From Vicinamibacterales bacterium (GTDB taxonomy: Bacteria > Acidobacteriota > Vicinamibacteria > Vicinamibacterales > UBA2999), in the NCBI GenBank assembly GCA_044347565.1, contig JBIKUN010000001.1:22302-86301 (forward strand): a DNA stretch of 64,000 nucleotides, in the 5' to 3' direction. The notes under the pieces were generated by a model. It had not been told where the DNA came from, ran no database searches, and worked only from the letters and a program-made list of their open reading frames with translations. Of the stretch, positions 54,317 to 63,440 are shown in pieces. Within the stretch, counting starts at the first letter, position 1. Each line of letters begins with the position of its first letter. The position numbers and the translations under genes were made by a program.

Positions 54317-57300
54317 GCGATGCCGGACCGGCGGTTCGGTCGCGCGACGCCGCGGCCGAGCCCACGGCGTTGACGCACAGCCAGCAGCAGATCTGGGTCG
54401 GCCAGCGGCTCACCCCGGCGAGCCCGCTCTACAATATGGCGTTCGCCTTCGTCTTCCCCGCGGAGCTGAACGCCGACCTGTTCTGCGCGGCCTGGCAGCG
54501 AGTCATCGACGCCAGCGACGCGCTCCGGACGCGGATCGTGGACGACGAGCGCGGCCATCCGCAGGGCACCGTGACGGCGCGCGGGCGGGCCACCGAGGTG
54601 ATCGACCTCGCCCCGTCACCCGACCCCGGCGACGCGTTCCGCCAGTGGTGCCGTGAGCGCTGCGCGCGCCCGCTGCCACCTGGCGGCGACCTGGTCGACA
54701 GCGTGCTGGTGCGGCTCGGTGACGGGCGAACCGGGTGGTATCTCAACCAGCACCATGTCATCACCGATGCCCGGGCGACCCAACTGCTGTACCGCCAGGT
54801 CGGTGCCGAGTACGAGACCCTGCGCGGCGCCGGCGGCGTCGAACCGCCAGCCCTCCCCCACTACTATCCGACCATCGCGGCCCTGCCAGCCGGCGTGGCC
54901 ACGCGCGCGGCCGCCGTGGACCACTGGCAGGCTCGCCGGGAGCGCCCCGGCCGGTCGGTGCCCTTCTACGGCCGCCCCGCGGTGCCCGTGGGCACGGCGA
55001 GCACCCGCCTGACGATCGACCTCGACGAACCCCGATCCCGCGGTCTCGATCGCCTCGGCCGCGCGGTGGGACTCGCACACGTGCCGGAGGGCGTGTCGCG
55101 GTTCGCGCTGTTCGCGACACTGCTCGTCACCTGGCTCCACCGGATCAGCGGGGCCCGCGAACTCGGCTTCGACGCCCCGGTCAACGGAAGACCGACACCG
55201 CAGTCCCGGCGCGCGCTCGGCGTGTTCATCGAGATGTTTCCGTTCGCGGTGGCCGTCGACAACACCGACACGTTCCGGACGCTGGCGGCCCGGTGCCTGC
55301 AGGAATCGCTCCTCCTGCTGCGTCACGGACTCCCGGGCCTCAGCGCGCCGTCGGGCGCCACCACCAGCACCGTCGTCCTCAACGTCGTGCCCGCCTCCTT
55401 CGGCCCCTTCGCGGGGATGCCGGCCGATGTCGACTGGGTGCACCCGGGGCACGGCGACAGCGTGCATGCCCTGCGGCTCCAGGTCCACGACTTCGCAGGG
55501 GCCGGGCGCTACGTGCTGCACTTCGACGTCAACGACGGCGCGCTCGAGGCGCGGCTGTGGCAGCGCAGTCTGCGCCACTTCGAGTCGCTGCTCGACGCCG
55601 TGCTCGACGACCCCGACCGCCCGATCGCCGCCATCGACATCCTGGTGGACGAGGAACGGCAGGCGCTCGCCGCGCTCAACACGACGAACGCGCGGCCGCT
55701 GCCGCAGCAGCCGGTGACCGCGATGTTCGAGGCGCGGGCGGCCAGCGATCCGGGCGTAATCGCCGTCCGCCAGGGGACGACGTCGCTGACCTTCGCAGCG
55801 CTGCGGGCTCAGGCCGACGCCCTGGCGGCCACGCTGCTGGCGCGCGGCATCGCCCCGGGCGATCGCGTCGCCATTGCCGGCCGCCGGTCTCTGCACTCGG
55901 TCGTCGCCATTCTCGGCACGCTGCGCGCGCGCGCGGCGTACGTGCCGATCGACGCCTCGACGCCAGCGGCGCGTCTCGACTACGTGCTGCAGGACTCCGG
56001 CGCCCGCCTGCTCCTCGCCGGCGAGGGCATGTCAGTGCCCCCGCGGCCGGGATGCACCGTGCTCGACATCGCCGAGGCGATTGACGCCGGCGCCGGGATG
56101 ACGCCGGACCGGCCCGGGCCAGGCCTGGACGACCTCGCCTACCTGATGTACACGTCCGGGTCGACGGGCCGGCCCAAGGGCGTCCTCATCGAGCACGGCG
56201 GCCTGGCAGATTATCTGTGCTGGGCGGAGCGCCGCTACGTGCGCGGCGACCGTCTCACCTATCCGCTGTTCACCTCGCTGGCCTTCGACCTCACCGTCAC
56301 CAGTCTGTTCCTGCCGCTCATCACCGGCGGGACGATGGAGGTCTACCCGGAGCCGGACGGCCCGGTCGATGCGGCGCTGATGGACGTGGCCGCCGCCAAC
56401 ACGGTCGACTTCATCAAGCTCACGCCCTCGCATCTGTCGCTGCTGCGACGCCTCGGCCTCGACGGCTCGCGGCTGCGCCGCATGGTGGTCGGCGGCGAAG
56501 ATCTCAAGACCGCGCTCGCCGCGGCCATCAGCGCGCAACTGCACGGCGCGGTCGAGATCGACAACGAGTACGGGCCGACCGAGGCCGTCGTCGGGTGCGT
56601 GGCACACCGCTACGCCCCGACGGCGGATACGGGGTCCAGCGTGCCCATCGGCGTCCCGGCCGATCACGTCCAGGTGGAGATTCTGAACCAGGCGCTGTCG
56701 CCGGTCCCCGAGGGCGTGGCGGGAGAGCTGTGGGTGTCGCGCTTCGGGCTCGCGCGCGGGTATCACGGGGCCCCGGACCTGACCGACGCGCGCTTCACGG
56801 CGCACCCGCGGCGACCCGGCGAGCGCTGGTATCGCACAGGAGATCTCGTGCGGCTGGCGGCCCCAGGCACGCTCGACTATCTCGGCCGGATCGACCGCCA
56901 GCTCAAAGTGTCCGGCTTCCGCGTCGAACCCGGTGAGGTGGAGGCCGCGCTGCTCGCGGTGCCGCAGATCACGCAGTGCGCCGTTATCGCGCGCCGCCGG
57001 CCGGCGGCCGACCCTGCGGCGGACGACGCCGTCCGCCACTGCGCCCGCTGCGGCCTGCCCTCCAACTTCCCCCGCGTGACCTTCGACGCCGAGGGCGTGT
57101 GCGACGTCTGCCGCGCCTACGACGCCATCGAGCCGCATGCCCGGGCCTACTTCCGCACGATGGACGACCTGCGGGCGCTGTTCGCATCGTCGGCACGCGC
57201 GTGTCCCTCCGGCTACGACTGCCTGATGCTCTACAGCGGCGGCAAGGACAGCACCTATGCGCTGTGCCGGCTGGTGGAGATGGGATTGTCGGTCTACGCC

Positions 57301-58629
57301 TTCACGCTCGACAACGGCTTCATCTCGGACCGCGCGAAGGAGAACATCCGCAGGGTGACGACGCAGCTCGGCGTGCCGATCGAGTTCGCGACCACGCCGG
57401 CGATGAACGCCATCTTCCGCGACAGCCTGGCGCGTTTCTCGAACGTCTGCAACGGCTGCTTCAAGACGATCTACACGCTCGGCATGCTGCGGGCGCGCGA
57501 CCTCGGGGTCCCGATCGTCGTCACCGGGCTCTCACGCGGCCAGATGTTCGAGACGCGGCTGTCGGAGGAGATGTTCCGCGACGGCCGGATCCGCCCCGAC
57601 GAGGTCGACGCGGCGGTGCTGGCCGCGCGCAAGGCCTACCACCGTGCGCCCGACGAGGTGTCGCGCACGCTGGACGTGCGGGCCTTCGACGACGATCGCA
57701 TCTTCGAGCAGGTGCAGTTCGTCGACTTCTATCGCTATTGCGACGTTGGCATGGACGCGATGCTCGATTATCTCGGGCGGACGGTGCCCTGGATCCGCCC
57801 GGCCGACACCGGCCGCTCGACCAACTGCCTCATCAACGACCTCGGCATCTACGTGCACCGCAAGGAGCGCGGGTACCACAACTACGCGCTGCCGTACAGC
57901 TGGGACGTGCGGCTCGGCCACAAGACGCGCGCGGCCGCCCTCGAGGAGCTCGATGACAACATCGACCCCGCCGCTGTGCGCCGGTTGCTCGCCGGCATCG
58001 GCTACGACGAGCAGCGGATCGCGGCGAGCGGCGAGCAGACGTCGCTCGTGGGCTTCTACGTCGCATCCGGCGACATCGCCGAGCCCGACCTGCGGCAGGC
58101 GCTGGCCGAGCGCCTGCCCGCGCCGCTCGTGCCGGCGCGGCTGCGGCGTGTGGACACGATTCCGCTCACCGCCAACGGCAAGGTCGACGAGCAGGCGCTG
58201 GCCGGCCTGCTGGCCGAGCGGACGGCCGAGGCGGCGTACCGTGCTCCCGAGGGCCCGGTCGAGGAGTTCCTGGCGGGCGTCTGGCGTGAGGAGCTGGCGG
58301 TGGCGCGCGTTGGAACGGGCGACAGCTTCTTCGACCTGGGCGGCACCTCGCTCACCGCCATGCAGGTGATGGTGCGCCTGTGCCGCGAGTTCGACATCAC
58401 CCTGCCGCTCGCGACGATTTTCACCCACCAGACGCTCGGCGCGCTGGCGCGGGCCGCGGAGGACCGGATCCTCGCGGATGTCGCGGATGACGCGGACGGG
58501 CCCGGCACGGAGCCGGCCGGCCCGCGGGTGCGCGTCACTCCGACTGAGTCGTCGGGCGCCGGCTCCGCAGGCGCCCCCGCAGCAGGTGCAGCAGGACCGC
58601 GAAGCGCCCCGACAGGCCCAGCTCGCTGA
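54313..58629 (+). CDS. NRPS module C - A(interrupted by a zinc-ribbon/PP-loop domain) - T
   Basis: C domain HHVITDARAT (aa 147-156). A motifs: LAYLMYTSGSTGRPKG, NEYGPTE, YRTGDL, GRIDRQLKVSGFRVEPGEVE (A8, aa 858-877). An insert spans aa ~897-1240 with HCARCG..GVCDVCRAY and LMLYSGGKDSTYAL. Then LPAPLVPA (A9) and LTANGKVD (A10). T domain FFDLGGTSLTAMQV. Confidence 0.9.
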   Translation: MSDAGPAVRSRDAAAEPTALTHSQQQIWVGQRLTPASPLYNMAFAFVFPAELNADLFCAAWQRVIDASDALRTRIVDDERGHPQGTVTARGRATEVIDLAPSPDPGDAFRQWCRERCARPLPPGGDLVDSVLVRLGDGRTGWYLNQHHVITDARATQLLYRQVGAEYETLRGAGGVEPPALPHYYPTIAALPAGVATRAAAVDHWQARRERPGRSVPFYGRPAVPVGTASTRLTIDLDEPRSRGLDRLGRAVGLAHVPEGVSRFALFATLLVTWLHRISGARELGFDAPVNGRPTPQSRRALGVFIEMFPFAVAVDNTDTFRTLAARCLQESLLLLRHGLPGLSAPSGATTSTVVLNVVPASFGPFAGMPADVDWVHPGHGDSVHALRLQVHDFAGAGRYVLHFDVNDGALEARLWQRSLRHFESLLDAVLDDPDRPIAAIDILVDEERQALAALNTTNARPLPQQPVTAMFEARAASDPGVIAVRQGTTSLTFAALRAQADALAATLLARGIAPGDRVAIAGRRSLHSVVAILGTLRARAAYVPIDASTPAARLDYVLQDSGARLLLAGEGMSVPPRPGCTVLDIAEAIDAGAGMTPDRPGPGLDDLAYLMYTSGSTGRPKGVLIEHGGLADYLCWAERRYVRGDRLTYPLFTSLAFDLTVTSLFLPLITGGTMEVYPEPDGPVDAALMDVAAANTVDFIKLTPSHLSLLRRLGLDGSRLRRMVVGGEDLKTALAAAISAQLHGAVEIDNEYGPTEAVVGCVAHRYAPTADTGSSVPIGVPADHVQVEILNQALSPVPEGVAGELWVSRFGLARGYHGAPDLTDARFTAHPRRPGERWYRTGDLVRLAAPGTLDYLGRIDRQLKVSGFRVEPGEVEAALLAVPQITQCAVIARRRPAADPAADDAVRHCARCGLPSNFPRVTFDAEGVCDVCRAYDAIEPHARAYFRTMDDLRALFASSARACPSGYDCLMLYSGGKDSTYALCRLVEMGLSVYAFTLDNGFISDRAKENIRRVTTQLGVPIEFATTPAMNAIFRDSLARFSNVCNGCFKTIYTLGMLRARDLGVPIVVTGLSRGQMFETRLSEEMFRDGRIRPDEVDAAVLAARKAYHRAPDEVSRTLDVRAFDDDRIFEQVQFVDFYRYCDVGMDAMLDYLGRTVPWIRPADTGRSTNCLINDLGIYVHRKERGYHNYALPYSWDVRLGHKTRAAALEELDDNIDPAAVRRLLAGIGYDEQRIAASGEQTSLVGFYVASGDIAEPDLRQALAERLPAPLVPARLRRVDTIPLTANGKVDEQALAGLLAERTAEAAYRAPEGPVEEFLAGVWREELAVARVGTGDSFFDLGGTSLTAMQVMVRLCREFDITLPLATIFTHQTLGALARAAEDRILADVADDADGPGTEPAGPRVRVTPTESSGAGSAGAPAAGAAGPRSAPTGPAR
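57001..58032 (+). other. inserted domain inside the A domain: CxxC-x16-CxxC zinc ribbon plus PP-loop ATP pyrophosphatase (N-acetyl-sugar-amidotransferase-like)
   Basis: C910/C913/C930/C933. SGGKDS at aa 975-980 (nt 57235-57252). Also NVCNGCFK and GLSRGQMFE. Boundaries were estimated from where A8-A9 linker-like sequence stops and resumes. Confidence 0.7.
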
Positions 58630-59323
58630 AGGACCCGATCTGCGCATTGGTCCCGGCGTACATCGAGAGGCGCCGCACACGGTCGCGGGCACGCAGGAAC
58701 TCCCGGTGGATTACCCGCATGTCGGGCGCATACGCCAGCCGGAGATCGGGCCGCATCGCGGCCAGCCGGTGCACGAGTTCCGTGTCGGCGGCGCGCTCCC
58801 ATAACCGGAACGGCCCCACGTCCTCGAACACCGACGCCCGCACCGCCATGTTGTTGCCGTAGGCGAACTGGTAGGCCGGCGGGCACTGCGTGACCACGTA
58901 CTCGGCCTTGGCGTTCTCGTAGGCGGCGAGCATGGCCAGGGCCACCGACGCCTCGACCGGATACCGGCAGTGGCCGATCTGGATCGCGACGGCGGGATCG
59001 CGCATGCCGTCACACACCGCCCGCAGCCAGTTGCGGTCGGTGACGCAGTCGGCGTCGGTGAACGCGATGATCGGCGCCTGCGCCCGCCGGATGCCGGCGT
59101 TGCGCGCCGCGTAGACCCCCGGCGTGTCCTCGCGCAGCAGCGTCACCTGCGGATACCGCCGGACCACCGCCGCGGACTCGTCGGTCGACCGGTTGTCCAC
59201 CATGAGGATCTCGACGGCCCCACCCACCTCGTCCTGCGCCAGCAGCGCCTCGATGCACGCCGGAAGGTAGCGCTGACGATTGAAGAACGGCACGATCACC
59301 GACACACGGGGCAATGGGGTCAT
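58535..59323 (-). CDS. family-2 glycosyltransferase
   Basis: VSVIVPFFNRQRYLPACIEALLAQ, MVDNRSTDES, AFTDADC. The ATGA start overlaps the NRPS2 stop. The 3' end overlaps the convergent NRPS1 by 95 nt. Confidence 0.85.
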   Translation of the reverse strand: MTPLPRVSVIVPFFNRQRYLPACIEALLAQDEVGGAVEILMVDNRSTDESAAVVRRYPQVTLLREDTPGVYAARNAGIRRAQAPIIAFTDADCVTDRNWLRAVCDGMRDPAVAIQIGHCRYPVEASVALAMLAAYENAKAEYVVTQCPPAYQFAYGNNMAVRASVFEDVGPFRLWERAADTELVHRLAAMRPDLRLAYAPDMRVIHREFLRARDRVRRLSMYAGTNAQIGSFSELGLSGRFAVLLHLLRGRLRSRRPTTQSE

Positions 59324-62300
59324 GGCATGGACCAGGAGGTCGAGGCGTCAGCCTCGAGGTGCTGGAGGACAACGGCCCGCGCCGCGTCCACGTGTGCCGC
59401 GTCATGCGGATCGGGCGTGGCGTGGACGGTGAGCGGGCCGAGAAAGTAGGGCCGCCACGTCGCCGCGGCGTCGCTCGACGTGCCGGTGGGATTGAAGAAG
59501 ACGGTGGGCGTGCGCACCGGCCCGGGCTGGTAGTGCGCATGCAGCCGGAACCGCTCCACGCGCACGTCGGCCTGGAGGAGGCGCGGCGTGAGCGGCAGCC
59601 CGGCCCGCTGCCGCAGGCCGCCGGCGAGGCTCAGCACCCGCCGCCACGGGCGCTCGGTGAGCCATTGCCTGGCCCGCCGGTACGGCGCTCTGGTGAACGG
59701 GTGATTGCCGCGCAGGTAGAGGCGCAGGATCTGTCCGGCCGAGAGTTCGGCCAGCGGCCGGCGGAGACCATCAATGCGCACGCGGAACGGGCCGACGCGG
59801 TAGAAGTCCAGGGGCATCGGCGCGATCGCGTAGAGCCGCTCCACCGGGAGACCGCGCGCTTCCATCACCCGCACGGTCTCGATCGCCAGCCACGCGCCGA
59901 AGGAATAGCCGGCCAGGACGCAAGGGGTCTCCGGAAAGCGCCGCGCGATCTCGCCGGCCAGCTCCTCCGCCAGGTCGGTCATCGTCGGCCAGCGTCCACG
60001 ATTGCCTTCGGGGCGCAGGCTGACCCCTCGCAGGCCGTACACGGGCCGTTCGCCGCGGAACCGCGCCGCCAGTACCGGTGCGAAGACGTCGGGGACGGCG
60101 ATGACGAGCGGCGCCTTGCGCCCCGTGGGCTGGATGGGAAACAGGTGCTGGTACTCCTGCGTCTGCGCGCCGCGGCGTTCGCCAATCCGCTCGGCGAGAT
60201 CGCGGACGGTGGGATGCTGGAACACGTCGGCTGCCGACAGCGTGACCTCGAAGTCCTGCTCGATGGCGGTGACCATCTGCAGCACCTGCAGCGAGTGCCC
60301 CCCCAGCTCGAAGAAATTGTCGGACACTGTGAGGCCGGTGCGCCCCAGCAGGCCCTCCCAGAGGGACAGCAGGGCGTGCTCGCGCGTGCTGAGCACCGCG
60401 TCGGTGGCGGGCAGCCGGCGTTCGGCGGCGAGCGGCGTGTCCCGCAGACTTCGGCGGTCGACCTTGCCATTGGGCAGCGTCGGCAGCGCGGACACCTCCA
60501 CCAGCCGGCTCGGCACCATGTGCTCCGGCAGCCGCGCGGCCAGGCCCGGTCGCCAGTCCCGCACGCCACCTGGACGCTTCGCCACGACGAACGCCACGAG
60601 TTGCAGCGGCCCTCCGTCGCCGGCGCCGGATGACCCTCCACCGGCACCACGAGCCACGACGGCCGCCTGCTCGATGGCGGGATGTTCGAGCAGGGCCGCC
60701 TCGATCTCGCCGGGCTCGATGCGGAACCCGCGCAGCTTGATCTGCTCGTCGTCGCGTCCGAGGAACAGCAGCCGCCCGTCGGCGGTCCAGGCCATGCGGT
60801 CGCCCGTGCGATAGCGGCGCCCGGTCGCGTCCTGCCCCGGCGCGGCGGCGGCGAACCGTTCGCCGGTGAGGTCGGGGCGCCGCCAGTAGCCGTCGGCGAC
60901 GGTCGGCCCGACGATGAACCCATGCCCGGGAATTCCGGCCGGCACGCGACGGCCGAGCGGATCGAGCACTTCCACCCGCACGCCGGGGATGGGGCGCCCG
61001 ATGGCCACCGGGCGCGCCGCGTCGGCGGCCGTCACTTCATGCACCGTGGCCCAGACCGTGGCCTCGGTGGGGCCGTACTCGTTGAAGAGCCGCACATGGG
61101 GCAGGCGCGCGATGTGGTCGTCGGCGAGCCGCGACGCACAGCTCTCCCCGGCGACGATCACCGTCTCGAGCCCCTGCAGCCGATCGCCGCCCGCCTGGAG
61201 CAGCTGGGCGTAGAGCGAGGGCACGCACAGCAGGCTGGTCACGTGGTGATCGGCCACGAGCTGCGCCAGCCGCCGCACGTCGCGCGCCTCCTCGTCCGTC
61301 GGCAGGACGAGTGTGCCCGCGGTGGCGAGCGTCCAGAAGATGCCGGCCACCGAGCTGTCGAAGGCCAGACTCGGCAGGAGCAGGAAGCGCCCCGGCGGTG
61401 AGCCGTAGTACTGCACACGCGCCTGAGTCGAGCGCCTCAGGTGTTCGTGCGTGATGACGACACCCTTCGGACGGCCGGTCGAACCCGACGTGTAGAGAAT
61501 GTAGGCCACCGACTCCGGTGAGACGTCGGGCGACGCCGCGGCGGGAGCGGCGTCGGGCTGGAGCGTATCGACCGCAATGGATCGCCCGCCGCCTGCCGGC
61601 GGGCGGCTGGCGCGCGCCGAGGTCGTGACCACGGCCGCCACCTCCGCGTCGGCGAGCAGATCGCGGTTGCGCGCCTCCGGGTAGGAGGGGTCCAGCGGCA
61701 CGTAGGCGGCGCCGGCGAGGTGGCTGCCGGCCACGCCGGCGATCATCTGCGTGGAGCGCGGCAGGAACAGCGCCACGCGACCGCCGGGCCTCACACCTGC
61801 GGCTCGCAGCGCGGTGGCGATCGTCCGCCCCGCGGTCTCGAGTTCGTCGTAGCGGAGACTGACGCCGCCACAGGTGACGGCCGGCCCCTGCGGCAGGCGG
61901 CGGGCCTGCGCCAGCATCCGCGGCGGCAGCAGGTCCATTGCCGGTTCGTCGAGCCGGGGCCCGCGCTCCCACGCCGACACCCGCTGCATTTCCGCGACGT
62001 CGAGCATCGGCACCTCGCGCACTGGCCGGTCGCGATCGGCGGGCAGGTGTTCGAGCAGCACCTCGTAGTGGTCGAGGAGCGCCTCCATCCAGACGGCATC
62101 GAAGCGGTCGGCGCGGAACTCGACGGCAAGCTGCAACCCGCCGTCGCCTTCGCTCACGAGGAGCGTCAGATCGAACTTCGCGGCACCCAGATCGAGCGTG
62201 ATCGGCTCGAGCGCGACGTCTCCGAGCCACGGGGCGGGGTCCGACTCCTGGTAGACGAACATCACCTGGAAGATCGGGTGGCGATCCGCCTGACGTGCGG

Positions 62301-63393
62301 GCGACAACGCCGCCGCCAGCACGTCGAAGGGCACCGACGCGTGAGCGAGCAGGGCCTTCAGTTCCGCACAGAAGTGCTCGACGCACGTTCCGACCTGCTG
62401 CTGCTCGTCGAGCGGCGTGGCGACGACCAGCGGGTTGAGGAAGTAGCCGATCATGTCCGCCGTGGCCGGATGCGAGCGCGTCGTCACCGGCGTGGCGAAG
62501 GCCACCCGCTGGCCGCCGGTGTAGCGGTGCAGCAGCAGCCGGAACACGAACGCGTAGATCATGAACGGCGTCGCGCCGGTGGCGGTGGCGAAGCGCCTGA
62601 TGCCCGCCTGGGTCGACGCACGCGGTCGCCGCTCGATGAGCCGCCCCCGGTGCCCTCCGGGGCTGGCGGGCTGCTCGAAGGGCAGCCGCAGGTCGTCTGG
62701 CAGGGGGTCGAGGCGCCCTCGCCAGAACGCGAGGTCCTCGTCACGACGGCTCGCGCCGGTCTGCCCGAGCCAGTGGACGTAGTCGTCATACTGGGCGCCC
62801 GGGGCCGGGTCCGTGAGCCGCCCCGCGTAGGCCGCCGCGACCTCCTTCCACAGGACGGCGAGCGATCGCTCGTCGGCCAGGATGTGGTGCAGCGTGAGCA
62901 ACAGGACGCGCGTCTGCCCAGACGGCTCCTCGATGAGCTGGACGCGGACCAGCGGCCCGTGCGCGAGGTCGAAGGGCCGGCGGGCCTCTCGGGTGGCCAC
63001 CGCCAGCGCGCCCCCCTCCTCGGCCTCGACCCGCTCGATGACGAGCGGCGTCGCCGCGTGGACGATCTGACGCGCGGTGTCGCCGTCGGCCTCGAACGTC
63101 GAGTGCAGCAGCCGGTGCCGCGACACCACCCGCGCGAACGCCTGCTGCAGCCGCGGGACGTCCAGCACGCCGCGGACGCGGAAGGCGCTGCACAGGTTGT
63201 AGGCGGACGAGTCCGGGTCCAGCTGGTGCACGACCCACAGGCCGCGCTGCATCTCGCCCAGTGCGGCGGGCTGGCCGGCGGGTCGGGCCACCAGGTCGAG
63301 CCCGCGCGCGCGAGCACCGGCCTTCTTCGACTGGATGGCCCGCTGCAACCGCTCGGCCCGGTCACTCGCCTTCCCGGGCCCGCTCATTGGCAA
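59320..63393 (-). CDS. NRPS module C - A - T - TE
   Basis: C domain LHHILADERS. A motifs: VAYILYTSGSTGRPKG, NEYGPTE, YRTGDRM, LRGFRIEPGEIE, LPEHMVPS, LPNGKVD. T domain FFELGGHSLQVLQM. Thioesterase GYSFGAWLA. Confidence 0.92.
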   Translation of the reverse strand: MPMSGPGKASDRAERLQRAIQSKKAGARARGLDLVARPAGQPAALGEMQRGLWVVHQLDPDSSAYNLCSAFRVRGVLDVPRLQQAFARVVSRHRLLHSTFEADGDTARQIVHAATPLVIERVEAEEGGALAVATREARRPFDLAHGPLVRVQLIEEPSGQTRVLLLTLHHILADERSLAVLWKEVAAAYAGRLTDPAPGAQYDDYVHWLGQTGASRRDEDLAFWRGRLDPLPDDLRLPFEQPASPGGHRGRLIERRPRASTQAGIRRFATATGATPFMIYAFVFRLLLHRYTGGQRVAFATPVTTRSHPATADMIGYFLNPLVVATPLDEQQQVGTCVEHFCAELKALLAHASVPFDVLAAALSPARQADRHPIFQVMFVYQESDPAPWLGDVALEPITLDLGAAKFDLTLLVSEGDGGLQLAVEFRADRFDAVWMEALLDHYEVLLEHLPADRDRPVREVPMLDVAEMQRVSAWERGPRLDEPAMDLLPPRMLAQARRLPQGPAVTCGGVSLRYDELETAGRTIATALRAAGVRPGGRVALFLPRSTQMIAGVAGSHLAGAAYVPLDPSYPEARNRDLLADAEVAAVVTTSARASRPPAGGGRSIAVDTLQPDAAPAAASPDVSPESVAYILYTSGSTGRPKGVVITHEHLRRSTQARVQYYGSPPGRFLLLPSLAFDSSVAGIFWTLATAGTLVLPTDEEARDVRRLAQLVADHHVTSLLCVPSLYAQLLQAGGDRLQGLETVIVAGESCASRLADDHIARLPHVRLFNEYGPTEATVWATVHEVTAADAARPVAIGRPIPGVRVEVLDPLGRRVPAGIPGHGFIVGPTVADGYWRRPDLTGERFAAAAPGQDATGRRYRTGDRMAWTADGRLLFLGRDDEQIKLRGFRIEPGEIEAALLEHPAIEQAAVVARGAGGGSSGAGDGGPLQLVAFVVAKRPGGVRDWRPGLAARLPEHMVPSRLVEVSALPTLPNGKVDRRSLRDTPLAAERRLPATDAVLSTREHALLSLWEGLLGRTGLTVSDNFFELGGHSLQVLQMVTAIEQDFEVTLSAADVFQHPTVRDLAERIGERRGAQTQEYQHLFPIQPTGRKAPLVIAVPDVFAPVLAARFRGERPVYGLRGVSLRPEGNRGRWPTMTDLAEELAGEIARRFPETPCVLAGYSFGAWLAIETVRVMEARGLPVERLYAIAPMPLDFYRVGPFRVRIDGLRRPLAELSAGQILRLYLRGNHPFTRAPYRRARQWLTERPWRRVLSLAGGLRQRAGLPLTPRLLQADVRVERFRLHAHYQPGPVRTPTVFFNPTGTSSDAAATWRPYFLGPLTVHATPDPHDAAHVDAARAVVLQHLEADASTSWSMP

Positions 63394-63440
63394 TGCGCTC
63401 GACTCCGGCCGCGATTCCGGGGCACTGTATGAGGATCAGG

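Noticed and set aside
51102-58692. Series of minus ORFs (51102..52526, 52375..54057, 54616..55896, 56032..57138, 57532..58692) and alternative plus frames over the NRPS operon
   Set aside because: These are shadows of the plus-strand operon, whose frames carry complete ACAD, HupE, A, CP and NRPS motif sets.
59314-63432. Plus ORFs 59314..60633 (439 aa) and 61720..63432 (570 aa)
   Set aside because: They are antisense shadows of the minus-strand C-A-T-TE NRPS.
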